A stretch of 63,937 nt of DNA, filler included, from Octopus bimaculoides (Eukaryota), in NCBI RefSeq assembly GCF_001194135.2. It is 8 parts of 6 records of this genome, joined end to end, with 100 filler letters (N's around TTAATTAATTAA, not from the genome) between each part and the next. Parts side by side here need not be neighbours in the genome. Positions count along the whole stretch, not along the records: positions 34,937 to 42,359 come from NC_068981.1; positions 42,460 to 48,741 come from NC_068981.1; positions 48,842 to 55,598 come from NC_068993.1; 5 more parts are not named here. One strand, given 5' to 3'. A program made the translations under genes and the position numbers. Below, piece by piece: positions 38,226-51,490 of the stretch (positions within the stretch are counted from its first letter, which is position 1; each line of letters starts with the position of its first letter). The notes below the pieces were generated by a model that did no database searches, was not told the DNA's origin, and saw nothing but the letters and a program-made list of their open reading frames with translations.

Positions 38226-38460
38226 TTGGATTGTCCGGAAAGTTCATGCCGATTTTTAAAGGAAAGAAAAAAGTCAATAAATACTTACCCTTACATTTTT
38301 AATCAATTTTTAATCAATTTTTAATCATTTTGTTGCACAATGCGTCTCCATCTTTCCTTTCACTTGAAAATACCCTCTTCTCAGAATTGAAGTGGTTTCA
38401 TGGCAAATAAGTCGAAAGGTAAGCTACTATAAATCGGCACGATCTTTCCGGACAACCCAA
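38226..38460 (-). mobile_element. Mariner-derived MITE (internal deletion derivative)
   Basis: 30-bp TIRs TTGGATTGTCCGGAAAGTTCATGCCGATTT (38226-38255) and 38431-38460 (27/30 match), with TA on both flanks. The interior keeps the mariner C-terminus FAMKPLQF*EEGIFK*KERWRRIVQQ on the minus strand. Confidence 0.88.
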
Positions 38461-39531
38461 TACTTTCGAGATCTTTTAAACTGTTCTTTTGAAGGTATGC
38501 ATTGACTCCATCTGGTTTTCGAGAGGTAGATATTTATCACCTTCATCGCCGACTCATTGATAAATTCCTCAAGCAAGAACGCACACCTCTTTGCGACATG
38601 TCGCTACCACACTTCATTCTTTCACTGAATTCCATTCATGTCAAAAGCTTCCTTTAGTTTATAGTGCCAGCAAAAGAGCTGCTGTTAGTTTGTACCTTTG
38701 GTGATCGCTTAAAGGTTCGCATGGTTGTTCTGGTTAGTAATTTTCTTTATGACGCGTATGTTCGAATTTTCAGGTGTCAAATTGTGATTGTCTATACTTG
38801 CGAGTATATATGATCGTCATTTTTTGTGTTTATTCTTTTTCTAAATTTGTTTCACGTATTCATAAATTATACCAGCATTTTCTTACGAAAGGGATATTCA
38901 GTGTTATTTCCTTTTTTATTAATATTAATATTACTGTCCGTTTAGAGAAGCCGCAAAACTCAAGGAAAGTTTTTCACGAAAATAAATTATGATTAAAAAT
39001 ACAGACATTTTGTCAACTCCAGATACTTACTGATATAGACATTCCAAAGCCCCCTCTTAACGAAAAGGAAATAATAAATTAATTAATTAATTAAAAATAA
39101 GATAAAAAATTTTAAATCACAAAAACGGAGAAGTGTTCACTCCGAAAAAACAAATTCTTGATTCAGTCACATTTTAGAGCTTCCATACATATTTTCAGTC
39201 CTTTTATTTTTAGTTATGTATCTTTCCGTTCCTAGGCCAACCTTGCCTCTCAAGCTTCTCTGGCGGTAAATCACAAGTGCAAATCAAATACTGATGTAGA
39301 TATATACGACAATATCCTTCTTTAGATTTATCCAAGATTACGAGGCTATATTAAAAATCAATTTAATCGATTACAAATGCCTCTGAGATTTGTGTACTTG
39401 TGATTATATCGGGAATCGAAATTATACACTCTTTTTAAACAAAACCAATTTAAGGAAGCAGTAACCGCAACCCCAAAATTTGCACACACACATATATGTG
39501 CATATATATTCATGTATGTAGGTGTGTGTGC

Positions 39532-39592
<61 letters not shown>

Positions 39593-40225
39593 NNNNNNNN
39601 NNNNNNNNNNNNNNNNNNNNNNNNNNNNNNNNNNNNNNNNNNNNNNNNNNNNNNNNNNNNNNNNNNNNNNNNNNNNNNNNNNNNNNNNNNNNNNNNNNNN
39701 NNNNNNNNNNNNNNNNNNNNNNNNNNNNNNNNNNNNNNNNNNNNNNNNNNNNNNNNNNNNNNNNNNNNNNNNNNNNNNNNNNNNNNNNNNNNNNNNNNNN
39801 NNNNNNNNNNNNNNNNNNNNNNNNNNNNNNNNNNNNNNNNNNNNNNNNNNNNNNNNNNNNNNNNNNNNNNNNNNNNNNNNNNNNNNNNNNNNNNNNNNNN
39901 NNNNNNNNNNNNNNNNNNNNNNNNNNNNNNNNNNNNNNNNNNNNNNNNNNNNNNNNNNNNNNNNNNNNNNNNNNNNNNNNNNNNNNNNNNNNNNNNNNNN
40001 NNNNNNNNNNNNNNNNNNNNNNNNNNNNNNNNNNNNNNNNNNNNNNNNNNNNNNNNNNNNNNNNNNNNNNNNNNNNNNNNNNNNNNNNNNNNNNNNNNNN
40101 NNNNNNNNNNNNNNNNNNNNNNNNNNNNNNNNNNNNNNNNNNNNNNNNNNNNNNNNNNNNNNNNNNNNNNNNNNNNNNNNNNNNNNNNNNNNNNNNNNNN
40201 NNNNNNNNNNNNNNNNNNNNNNNNN

Positions 40226-40268
<43 letters not shown>

Positions 40269-40289
40269 TAGATAGATAGATAAATAGAT

Positions 40290-40338
<49 letters not shown>

Positions 40339-40455
40339 GATAGATAGATAGATAGGTAGATAGATTACATTTACTTCTATACCCGTTCAAGTTTTAATCT
40401 ATTGAGCATTAAGTGTATTCTATACGGAGAGTAGTTGATTCTCATTTATGAACTA

Positions 40456-40487
<32 letters not shown>

Positions 40488-41792
40488 ACCGTGCGTGCGT
40501 GTGTGTGTATGCATGTATGTATGTATATGCGCGTGCGTATATGCGTATATGTCTGTGTGTGCGTGCTTGTACGTATGTACATGTGTGCGTGTATGTGCGT
40601 GTATGTGCGTGCGCACGCGCGTGTGTGAACAGGAAGGCGGACAATGAAATAGATGGTAGAGTCAATAAACTTGAAATATTTTAATAGACTCATGGAAAAA
40701 AGAGTGACAAATCTGTAACATGTTACCTACTGGTTATAACAATAGCAAAGAAATATTATAGATCAGTACAGTTCTACTATCACTTGAGGGGTAACAGATG
40801 TCCAATTTCAATCACTGTTCTATAGAAATATACACACCTATTTGATTTATATATATAAATTTATCTATAATAATAATTGTGGCATTTACCGTTAAATTTG
40901 CAGTTCGTACATGTGCTTCTATTTGATTAAACTATATATATCAAATGGCTGCACCAAATCAACTAAAATTTTACAAGGCAATAGTATCACACCCAACGAC
41001 TGTTAACATGTATTTTTTTTTCATTTCCATTAAAAGAATAAAACCTTTTATAGAGATAATCTTTCTATAGTTAAATATAGTACAGGACATTTTATGCCAC
41101 GACGACGACGACGACATCACATTTTGTATATGAGTGTGTATGTGTCTGTTAGTGTATGTCTGTGAGTATATGAATGTGTATGTGCTTGTCAGTGTGTGAG
41201 TGTTTCCGCGATCGACGACAACGTCACATTTTGTGTCTGTGTGTCTGTGAGTGTATGTGTGTGAGTGTATTAGTCTGTTTCCGCGTTAGGGACGTTATTC
41301 AGCACACACACGCATCTACACATACATATACATATGTGACGTCTGACATGCGTGAATTATGTCTGTGTGTGTCTCTCTTACTATATAGTATTACACCCCA
41401 CTACTGTCAACATGTAATTTTTTTTCATTTCCATTCAAACAATATGCATACATCCATATCTTAACGTTAATATAAACATATACTAGGTTACCCTAAAGAG
41501 GTGGGGTGTCAGAAAATATGCGTCGCGATATTTACTTGCGTTCTCAGATCAGAAGAGACCGGCGTTCAATTTCGCTTTCATGCTTCTGATGGAATCGATA
41601 AAACTCTTCCAACAAAGTAATGAGATCGATACATTTTCACCAATTAATTACTGGGAGCGACACATTTATGTTTCACTCACCCAAGATAAAAGTGTATGGC
41701 CTTGTGCCTATGTTCAAAATCAGTAAATATGATACATAAAGTAAATTAGGTGTAAATTATAAATGTGTGTGCGTGTAAGTATATATAACATT

Positions 41793-41832
<40 letters not shown>

Positions 41833-41840
41833 TACACACT

Positions 41841-41871
<31 letters not shown>

Positions 41872-42306
41872 CACATATATATATATATATATATATATAA
41901 ATCAATTGTGTCGCCAATTGCAGGATGTAAGTTACCAGTGACTTATCACATATGTTCACTTTCGATCCAGCATTATGTAACTCTACACAGACTGTTGCAA
42001 CCACTGTGCGTGTGTGGTGGGTCTATGCACATACATACATACATACATACATAAGTACGTAGGTACTTACTTTCATTCTATGACACAATACGTATATATG
42101 TATGTGTATACGTGAATATATATGTGCGTGTGTGTGTGTGTTCTTTTATTCTTTTACCTGTTTCATGTCATGACCCCAGGACTTATTCTTTGTAAGCCTA
42201 GTACTTATTCCCTTTTGCCAAACCGCTAAGTTACGAGGATGTAAACACACCGACATCGGTTGTCAAGCGATTGTGAGGGTACAAACTCAGACACACATAA
42301 ATATAT

Positions 42307-42359
<53 letters not shown>

Positions 42360-42560
42360 NNNNNNNNNNNNNNNNNNNNNNNNNNNNNNNNNNNNNNNNN
42401 NNNTTAATTAATTAANNNNNNNNNNNNNNNNNNNNNNNNNNNNNNNNNNNNNNNNNNNNCCCACCTTCTCTCTCTCACCCCCACCTTCTCTCTCTCACCC
42501 CCTCCTCTCATCCACCTCCCCTCTTTCTCACACTTTCTGCAGGAATCTAGCCACACTCTT

Positions 42561-42682
42561 TGGAAACATACTATAGTGTATCCAATTCCTAAGAAGGGAA
42601 ACTCCCCCACTTACTCTGCCAAAAACTGATGTCGCTTCCAACTTCTCAAAGGTGATGAAGACTATCATGAACAACCACTTTG
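42561..42682 (+). mobile_element. LINE reverse transcriptase N-terminal remnant (CR1/L2/Jockey-like)
   Basis: WKHTIVYPIPKKGNS followed, after an indel, by SNFSKVMKTIMNNHF; this matches the conserved WKxAxVxPIPKKG...SKVME block of non-LTR RTs. Confidence 0.7.
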
Positions 42683-43122
42683 TTTTATACTTTAATGAAA
42701 ACAAACAAAACTGCAGCAAAGCTGCGTGATTGTGGTGTCAGATGTGGCACACAGACCAACATATAACTTGTTTGATATTGCATTTTTATTCTTCTCTTAT
42801 GTTTTTTATTTTGACATGTGCATTGCAGTTTTATCCTTCTCTTCCATTTTACAAATCCAGTGCGCACATGTGCATAGCATGTTCATTCTTCTTTTTCTGG
42901 TTCCTACTCAAAACTGTTTACAAATCAGAACCATCTCACAAACTGCATTTGTAAAGAGCACTTCACACTCTGACGGTTGTGAAAAAGATCTCGTCTCACT
43001 ACACCAAAAGTAGCAGTGGTACCAATGGATTGAGAAACATTGTCATATTTGGACAGAATTCAACTTGTCTGCCTACTTTATGACCAGTAAAATCATACAG
43101 GCATGGCTGTGTGGATAGGCAC

Positions 43123-43500
43123 AGGTGTGGCTATGTGGTAAGAACCTTGTCTCCCAACTACATGGTTTCAGGCTCAGTACTACTACCTGGCACCTTGGGA
43201 AAGTGTCATCTGCTATTGCCTCAGGCCGACGAAAGCCTTAGATTTGGTACATGGAAACTGAAAGAAGCCTACCATATATATATGTCTGTGTGTGTGCGTA
43301 TGTATGTGTCTTTGTGACTGTGTATGTCCTCAACCAACTGGCGTGTTTTCATCCATTGCAAAAGAGACCGATAGAACAAGCACCAGTCTTGAAAAAATAA
43401 AAAATAATAAGTACTAGGGTCAATTCATTCGACTAAAAATTCTTCAAGACAGTGCCCTAGAATGGCCAGTCGTAATGACTGAAACAAGTAAAAAAAGTAA
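43123..43500 (+). mobile_element. SINE family A, full copy, CpG-decayed
   Basis: Head, TG microsatellite, body and tail ATGACTGAAACAAGTAAAA are collinear with 18494-18907. Confidence 0.8.
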
Positions 43501-43649
43501 AAAGGAGAGAAACAGACTGGAAAATGGCAGATGTACAACATTGTATGACATACAAGTAGCCAATGTATGTCAACTAGCTGAAGGTATGGCATATCCAAAG
43601 CTATTGGTCTTCGGATCACACCCAATCATTTAGTTATGCTTGATCTGTC

Positions 43650-43830
43650 ATAGCTGGCATTTCAGCTAGTCTTCGAAATGCTTCTAGGGAGCTCATCCAT
43701 CTCATTTGTTCTGGCTGACCTCACTGTAGAATATGGCTTTGATCATTCTGGGTTTGTCCATGTGTGAGATGTGGCCTGCCCATCTGAGCTCTCCCAGGCA
43801 GCGATAGACTCCACAGGGTGCATGTGAGTT
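43650..43830 (-). mobile_element. RTE-clade LINE ORF C-terminal remnant
   Basis: Minus-strand LRWAGHISHMDKPRMIKAIFYSEV matches the RTE/BovB post-RT motif LRWAGHVxRMxxxRxPKxxxYxEL. Confidence 0.7.
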
Positions 43831-46486
43831 GCTGCACAGATGAAGGCGTAGCAAGATTGCATCCAGACTACTTCAAGCAATTCTGAGAAGGCCAGAGCAA
43901 CTGCAGCAGATAAGAAATGTTAAAGAAAGAACAAGTCATTGTCACAATCCCCATCTGTCCAAAGTCCACATATTTGTCCCAAGAGTGTTAGAACCTGTCA
44001 TTCAAGAATTGGATGACATAATCACTTAAGTGGCTTGCCACTCTTCCTGATCTTCAGACATAAAGAAACTGCCATCATGTTCATGTGTCATAGATCTGTT
44101 TAATCAGGCCTGACCTGAGGTTAGACAACAGCATTAAAATTGGCTCTCCATCGGTTATGATGATGAGTGTTCCAATTGATCCAACCAATGGAACAGCTTG
44201 CTTGTGAAATTAATGAGTAAGTGGATGAGCACTCCACAGACATGTGTAACCTTAATGTAGTTCTCAAGGAGATGTAGCGTGCCCTTTGAAATACAGGTAT
44301 TATTCATATTTGCCAACTGAGTGTACAGGAGCAACATGAAATAAAATCTGCCAGCTGAGTGTACTGGATCAATGTGAAATAAATACTACTGAATATACTT
44401 TTTTACTCTAGGCACAAGGCCTGAAATTTTGGGGGAGGGGGGGGGCCAGTCAATGAGATCGACCCCAGTATGCAACTTAATTTATTGATCCTGAAAGGAT
44501 GAAAGGCAAAGTCAATCTTGGCAGAATTTGAACTCAGAAAGTAAAGACAGGTAAAATACCACTAAGTATTTCACCTGGCATGCTAACATCCCTGCCGGCT
44601 TGCTGCCTTAAATACATCTGAATATTGAATTCATGACCATATAATTGTATGCCAAATACCCTAACCATTAAACCACATGCCTTCACAAAAGCATTAACTC
44701 ATCTAAAAAAAAATAAAATAGATAGTTACTAATTGGTTGAATAAACCATCCCAGTCAAAACAAATCCTACAGTTGATTTGACTCTAGTTTTAGCATTGAG
44801 CCTCCTCATCATTCTGTTGTTATTCTGAAACTTACTTTGAAGTAATAACCTTAAATTAACATTTAATTGTTATAAATTAGTACAAACCTGATACAGCAAG
44901 CACATATGGAGACTGATGCTTAAGTCTAATTAATGATTAATTGTCTTAAAATTAGAAAAGTTTTCTGCAGGGACATGTAGTCTGAAAACAGACATTGGAA
45001 TAAAACTTATGTATTAGTTAGATATGCTAGAAATGGCAATTAAATCCCTCTGAAATCACACCCTGCCATCTTTAAATTATCCAATATTGGATAATTAATT
45101 TATTCTTAGATATACTATATCAATAATAAAAAGACAGGGTGGTCATGATTTAAATGTCTTTGACCATAGGCCTACTTGACCAGTACTGATCTGATAATGA
45201 ACAATTACAACTACCATGAAGCAATCAGGTAAGTTTTTTATGAATGTTTGACCTGCCAAACACAGCAACTAAACCTCCCTCAAATAGTATCCTAGACTTT
45301 CAAAACAATGTAAGGACACACTGGATAATGTGGTCCTAGATATATTATGTATCGAAAATTAAAGACAGGATGATCTCAAGTGAAACACCTTTCATCAAAT
45401 GCCTTCTGGACCTGGACTGACCTGGAACAAACAACACTACCAACAGTTTGGGTAATAAAATTATGTTGCTTCATAATCTTGAGAATATGTCCAATATACA
45501 AATTTGCATGACTAACCAAGCTTACAAAGAAGAATATGACAAAAATTTCACTTCACTTCGCTGCAAATAAAACAAATATAAAGAAAGATAAAATATTTAA
45601 AGGAAGCGACGAGTTTAGATATAGATTTATTTGTCAGTTCCCAAGATGTTTTCTGAGGAAAAAAAAAAATAATAATAAAATGGTTAAAAAAGAAGATTCC
45701 TCTCAAAGCTCATTGCTTTTCCAATGCAACGAGCTTTGACATTTAACTTCAGTAGCTGGCTCTATCTTTCTGTATTTCCCTCCTATTCATGAATGAAAAG
45801 AATGAGAGAATTTTATATCTCTTATCAAGCTTGTCCATTCCCAAGTTAGTTTGCTTTTTATCAGACAAGACTTTTATTTTGTTTTTTCTCTCTATCGTCA
45901 TTTCATTGTTTCCTGGAATGAAAAAGTGGGGAAAAAAATTGGTAATTTTTTTTTATATATTGACTATGGGATAACAAAGAAAAATACCAAAAAAAAAACA
46001 AAATTTAAGTTCACTTTCCAAGTTATATTTTGTCACCTTTTATTGAAACTTTATGCTTTCTCTTCATTGATTTCAGATTTTTATCAATTTTATATTTGTG
46101 TCTTTTATTTTATTTTGGCTGTTCACTCCTATTTTTAAAACTATTTTCCACAATATTTCTTAATTTCTTTGCGATTCATGATCTTATAGATCAAGTATTG
46201 TTAATACTGAGAGAATTGTTGATGTTATTTTGTTCTTTCTGTTGTTGCTGTCTTTGGTTCATCTTGTTATATAGTTCCCTTTGTTTTGCCTTATGTTGGA
46301 AAGGGGATATTATTTATCTATTTATTTATTTATTTGTTTTTAATTTGGTCTGGTAAAGCCTGCAAAAATTACAGGAACTGCTCACCTCATTGGATTGTCT
46401 TTTTTATTAAAAAAAAAAAATCCCAGGTTAGCCTTGGTGAAGCAGAACTATGGAATATTGGTAGTTGGGTGTAATTTCTAAGCATG

Positions 46487-46795
46487 GTGCGAGGCTTAGT
46501 GGTTAGAGTATTTGGCTCATGACCACAAGGTCATGAGGTCAATTCTCAGCAGAGTGTTGTACGCTTTATTTCACATTGTTACAGTTTCATTCAGCAAGCA
46601 AAAATGAGTTGCACATGTAATTCAAAGGACCAGCCTTGTCACATTTGATGTGTCATGCTGAATCTCCCTGAGAACTACGTTAAGGGCATGCATATTTGTG
46701 GAATGTTCAACGACTTGCACATTAATTTCATGAGCAGGCTGTTCCATTGATCGAGTCAACTGGAACACTTATCATCATAACTGATAGAGAGCTAG
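46487..46795 (+). mobile_element. Further tRNA-headed SINE-like repeat; related pieces at about 31040-31180 (minus) and 44150-44345 (minus)
   Basis: GGCTTAGTGGTTAGAGTATTTGGCTCATGACCACAAGGTCATGAGGTCAATTC head. The body CTCCCTGAGAACTACGTTAAGG...TTAATTTCATGAGCAGGCTGTTCCATTGATCG matches the reverse complement of 44175-44275. Confidence 0.6.
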
Positions 46796-47791
46796 GTTAA
46801 GTGTGATTCACAGACCTATTGTTTCACATGTACCATACATTTGCCCTGTGGTGGAACACATTACATACTGAAACATGCAATGGTTTGTTATTTAGAATTC
46901 AGTACATGTAGCCTCATTTATGTGAATGTAGCCTCATTTAGCACTGAGTCATTCACTATTAATTTGAGATAACACAGTATGCTCAGTTGTGAACCATGTC
47001 ACAATTGGATTGATCTTTGACTGCACAAGTTGGCAATCAGCGTAAGATTCTATTTGTGCTACAAAAGTGTACCCTAATGACCACCCAAAATGCTCAGCTA
47101 CCCAGAATGCATTGACTATTACTCTGTTCACATGACCATGCTGTGAAGCTGCATTTTTCTTACAAAGAATTATGTAGTCATACCTATCAGCACGGGACCA
47201 GTATGGAGGAAAAATATGAAGAGGCCTGATCCTGACAAATGACACAGACAAGTGTATTCTCAACAGGAAAAGGCAGAGATGATAAAAAAAATATACATTG
47301 CAGTGGAATCTTTGCTGTTGTGGGCAGCAAGTTTGGTGAATCTACCATTTTCTCCATGAAGATGATTCATTTATCACTGTGTGTGTTTTTAAACCAAAGC
47401 TCAGTGATAAACGAGAATAAACATATAACAGTATGACCCATCTGTTAGTTTATTTCCCCTGTCTAGTCTTTGTTATACCAATAGGTTCTGGTGCTGGCCA
47501 CAGTATTGGGAGATAAAGTGAACACAGTCAGACTACAATATCTTCTTTTGCTCATTGTGTGTAACCTGGGATAACATGAAGTGTGGTGTACTGTTTCGTA
47601 GTGACATTGATGATGGTGAGCTAAGTAGAGTGGTTGAGACTGTGTCACTAAGAAGTTTAATTACCAACTTCAGTTTCATTCCCCCTGAGTGACATTTTGA
47701 GCAAATGTCTTCTACAATAAACCTCAGGTCAACCAAACCCTTGTGAGTAGATTTGACAGATGGAAATTGAAAGAAACCTATTGTGTATGCA

Positions 47792-47842
<51 letters not shown>

Positions 47843-48060
47843 CTTTGGTGTTCATATTATCTGTCAAGTGTAATATTCATTTATTCACATTGTTTTCAAT
47901 TAAGCATGCATTACCTTGTAGCTTTAAGATTTCAAGGATGCAGTTGCGTATGTTTTGAATGACATTGTTATTGTGTGAGAAGCCAGATCTGGCCAGTTTG
48001 AACATAAAACATTCAGAAAATTTTGGGTCAGATACGGCCCATTTAAATGCTAAAGGGATA

Positions 48061-48366
48061 TGCATATAACAAAACAGGAAAGTGAAAATATATTTTTGAT
48101 ATTATTTATTCTCCATTACACATGTTACATTTGCTAATAGGAATTACAAAGATTTACATGTTAGATTGACATGTAAGGAATTTCTAATAGGAAATTTATA
48201 ATACACTTTATTATAAATTTTTTATGTCTAATGAATTTCTAATAGGAAATTCCTTACATGTCTGTCTAACATGCAGAGGTTTATAATTCCTACTAGCAAA
48301 TGAAACATGTGTAATGGAGAATGAATAACACCCTCCAAAATTTCCATTTTCCTGTTTTGTTATGCA
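48061..48366. repeat. Foldback (long inverted repeat) element, arms of about 135 bp
   Basis: 48061-48198 aligns with the reverse complement of 48232-48366, for example TTCTCCATTACACATGTT.CATTTGCTA.TAGGAATTA and GACATGTAAGGAATTTC. Confidence 0.85.
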
Positions 48367-48536
48367 ATAACTCCGTAAATAATATTTCCATAAATTTCAA
48401 TTTTAATGCAAATTTTGATTAACATACAGCAGCAACTGTTGCTACATTTTGATTGTAATAGTGGAATAAGCAAAGGTGCTTCATGAGGAAACAGCTGGGA
48501 TTTACCCTAAATACCAATATATATATATATATATAT

Positions 48537-48537
<1 letters not shown>

Positions 48538-48593
<56 letters not shown>

Positions 48594-48741
48594 GTTTAAC
48601 GTCCGCCTTCCATGCTAGCATGGGTTGGACGATTTGACTGAGGACTGGTGAAACCGGATGGCAACACCAGGCTCCAATCTAATTTGGCAGAGTTTCTACA
48701 GCTGGATGCCCTTCCTAACGCCAACCACTCAGAGAGTGTAG
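48538..48741 (-). mobile_element. Retroposon 3' end with a (GAT)n tail
   Basis: The minus strand ends ...GGACGTTAAACGATGATGATG(n) and contains the GGATGCCCTTCCTAACGCCAACC block; the 5' part is lost in the spacer. Confidence 0.6.
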
Positions 48742-48841
48742 NNNNNNNNNNNNNNNNNNNNNNNNNNNNNNNNNNNNNNNNNNNNTTAATTAATTAANNN
48801 NNNNNNNNNNNNNNNNNNNNNNNNNNNNNNNNNNNNNNNNN

Positions 48842-48912
48842 AACCCTAACCCTAACCCTAACCCTAACCCCAACCCTAATCCTAACTCTAAAACCCGAAC
48901 CCTAACCCTAAA
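48842..48912. repeat. Telomere-type (CCCTAA)n repeat at a scaffold start, degenerating inward
   Basis: AACCCTAACCCTAACCCTAACCCTAACCCCAACCCTAATCCTAACTCTAAAACCCGAACCCTAACCCTAA. Confidence 0.8.
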
Positions 48913-51060
48913 CTAGAGTTTGATTTGAAGAAGATTTGGCTGCTATTTCTAGGAAATGAAGCACTTGGTGCAGGTGTATTAATAATTGTGGCAGCTCCAA
49001 TAACAAGTGCAGGCAATATTCAAGTATTTTGATGGCTTTTTCCGCTTTGTTTACGAACAGTCTAGTTAATCGGAAATGTCAGAACTAACGGGGATTAATA
49101 CCATATACACCGTCACAGTAGTAACTGTATTCAACTGAATAGACGTCAGTGATTAGTTGAAATTATCGAAATAAGACAATTTTTAACGTGAAATAACTTC
49201 GAATACAAAATATTTTATCTGTTCTATACCACAAAATATACAAGTATACGAAGTTTGAAAGTGTTTCGGTACCAAAAACACTACATAAAAAANNNNNNNN
49301 NNNNNNNNNNNNNNNNNNNNNNNNNNNNNNNNNNNNNNNNNNNNNNNNNNNNNNNNNNNNNNNNNNNNNNNNNNNNNNNNNNNNNNNNNNNNNNNNNNNN
49401 NNNNNNNNNNNNNNNNNNNNNNNNNNNNNNNNNNNNNNNNNNNNNNNNNNNNNNNNNNNNNNNNNNNNNNNNNNNNNNNNNNNNNNNNNNNNNNNNNNNN
49501 NNNNNNNNNNNNNNNNNNNNNNNNNNNNNNNNNNNNNNNNNNNNNNNNNNNNNNNNNNNNNNNNNNNNNNNNNNNNNNNNNNNNNNNNNNNNNNNNNNNN
49601 NNNNNNNNNNNNNNNNNNNNNNNNNNNNNNNNNNNNNNNNNNNNNNNNNNNNNNNNNNNNNNNNNNNNNNNNNNNNNNNNNNNNNNNNNNNNNNNNNNNN
49701 NNNNNNNNNNNNNNNNNNNNNNNNNNNNNNNNNNNNNNNNNNNNNNNNNNNNNNNNNNNNNNNNNNNNNNNNNNNNNNNNNNNNNNNNNNNNNNNNNNNN
49801 NNNNNNNNNNNNNNNNNNNNNNNNNNNNNNNNNNNNNNNNNNNNNNNNNNNNNNNNNNNNNNNNNNNNNNNNNNNNNNNNNNNNNNNNNNNNNNNNNNNN
49901 NNNNNNNNNNNNNNNNNNNNNNNNNNNNNNNNNNNNNNNNNNNNNNNNNNNNNNNNNNNNNNNNNNNNNNNNNNNNNNNNNNNNNNNNNNNNNNNNNNNN
50001 NNNNNNNNNNNNNNNNNNNNNNNNNNNNNNNNNNNNNNNNNNNNNNNNNNNNNNNNTATATATATATATATACATATGAAGTCATATAAAGAAATGTAAA
50101 AGAATAAAAGAATGGATTTACAGGCGAACAAATTGTATTGCTGGCGTCGAAGATATTCAATAATTATAGTAAAAATAAAATAATAAAATACTAAACTCGC
50201 GAAGTAAAAGTGTTAAAGGTTATTATCATGTGTGTTCGCGCGCGCGCGTGCGGTGATTGCTTCATTTTCAAAAACGACTGCCGTCTCGCTGAGCTTCAAC
50301 GTTGCTAATGGAATTTCTGACATTCCGTACATGACCTTTCAGATGACTATTCAGTCCCGCTACAGATTTGTATAGTTTGAAGTATACGTGACAGACGAGA
50401 GTTCTAACTTCCACAGGACTGTGAGATATGATCCCTGTGAATTGCTATATGTCTATTCAGACCCGAAATTGACATGCAAGTATTTTCACACTCATATGCA
50501 CCAGACACACACAAACATACACTCCACTTCACATACATTAATTTTATTGAAATGCTTACATACATATTTAACGATGACAGAATATTCGTTCTCCTAAAAA
50601 AAGTGGCATAGTATAGCAATAATCCTGTTCAATTGCAGGGACGTACCTGAGAGAGAGAGAGAGAGTTGGGAGGGGGAGGGATAATAAATGACTCGGAGAG
50701 TTGTTCGAAGGTCATTGCGAAGAGATGGGTGGTGTGGGGGAGAGATAAAGGGAAGGGTATCAAGATGTACATTAATCTCAACTTTGGCATTATACTAATG
50801 CTAAAGGGAACTTGAATCACCCTGTTCATACAATATATATATATATATTGTTAGTGTGTGCGTGACTTTACTTGTATGAATATATATATCAATTTAAATA
50901 AGAGCTATAACGCGATCCATCGTAAAAACTTGTTTAATGACCTATGTACATTTCGATACAATATCCCGGCTCACTCTTGTCTGTGATGAAAAATGGTATC
51001 TTGTATCTCTTCAGGGTCGAGTTTGATTAATTCATAGCAGACATATATTTATATATATAT

Positions 51061-51490
51061 AAAGTAGTTGTATGCTGTCAGCTTAATGTGACAGTCCCAT
51101 GAAGGGAATAATACTACTGCTATTTAGCCCTAGGAAACAGCACCGCTTCCTGTCGACCTTGACACATTTCCTATGTCCTTATGTTTACAAGGAGGAGACA
51201 AGCACGTCCATCCAGCTAAGCCTGCATCTCAGAGACTAGTTTCTGACTCTTTGCTCATCATCAGTCTGGAGTAACATGACCTGCTAGTCGGAGATGCCTG
51301 TCAAGCTCTCGTAAACACAAAATAATTCTAGTGAAATACATTCACTGATTTCAAAAATAGAAATAATACATTTCTAAATCTCTCAGAGAGATTTATGCAG
51401 TAGTGATACGATAAAGTTGTTGTATGTTGTCAACTTAATGTGACAGTCCCATGAAGGGAATAATACTATTGCTAGGAAGCAGCACCGCTT

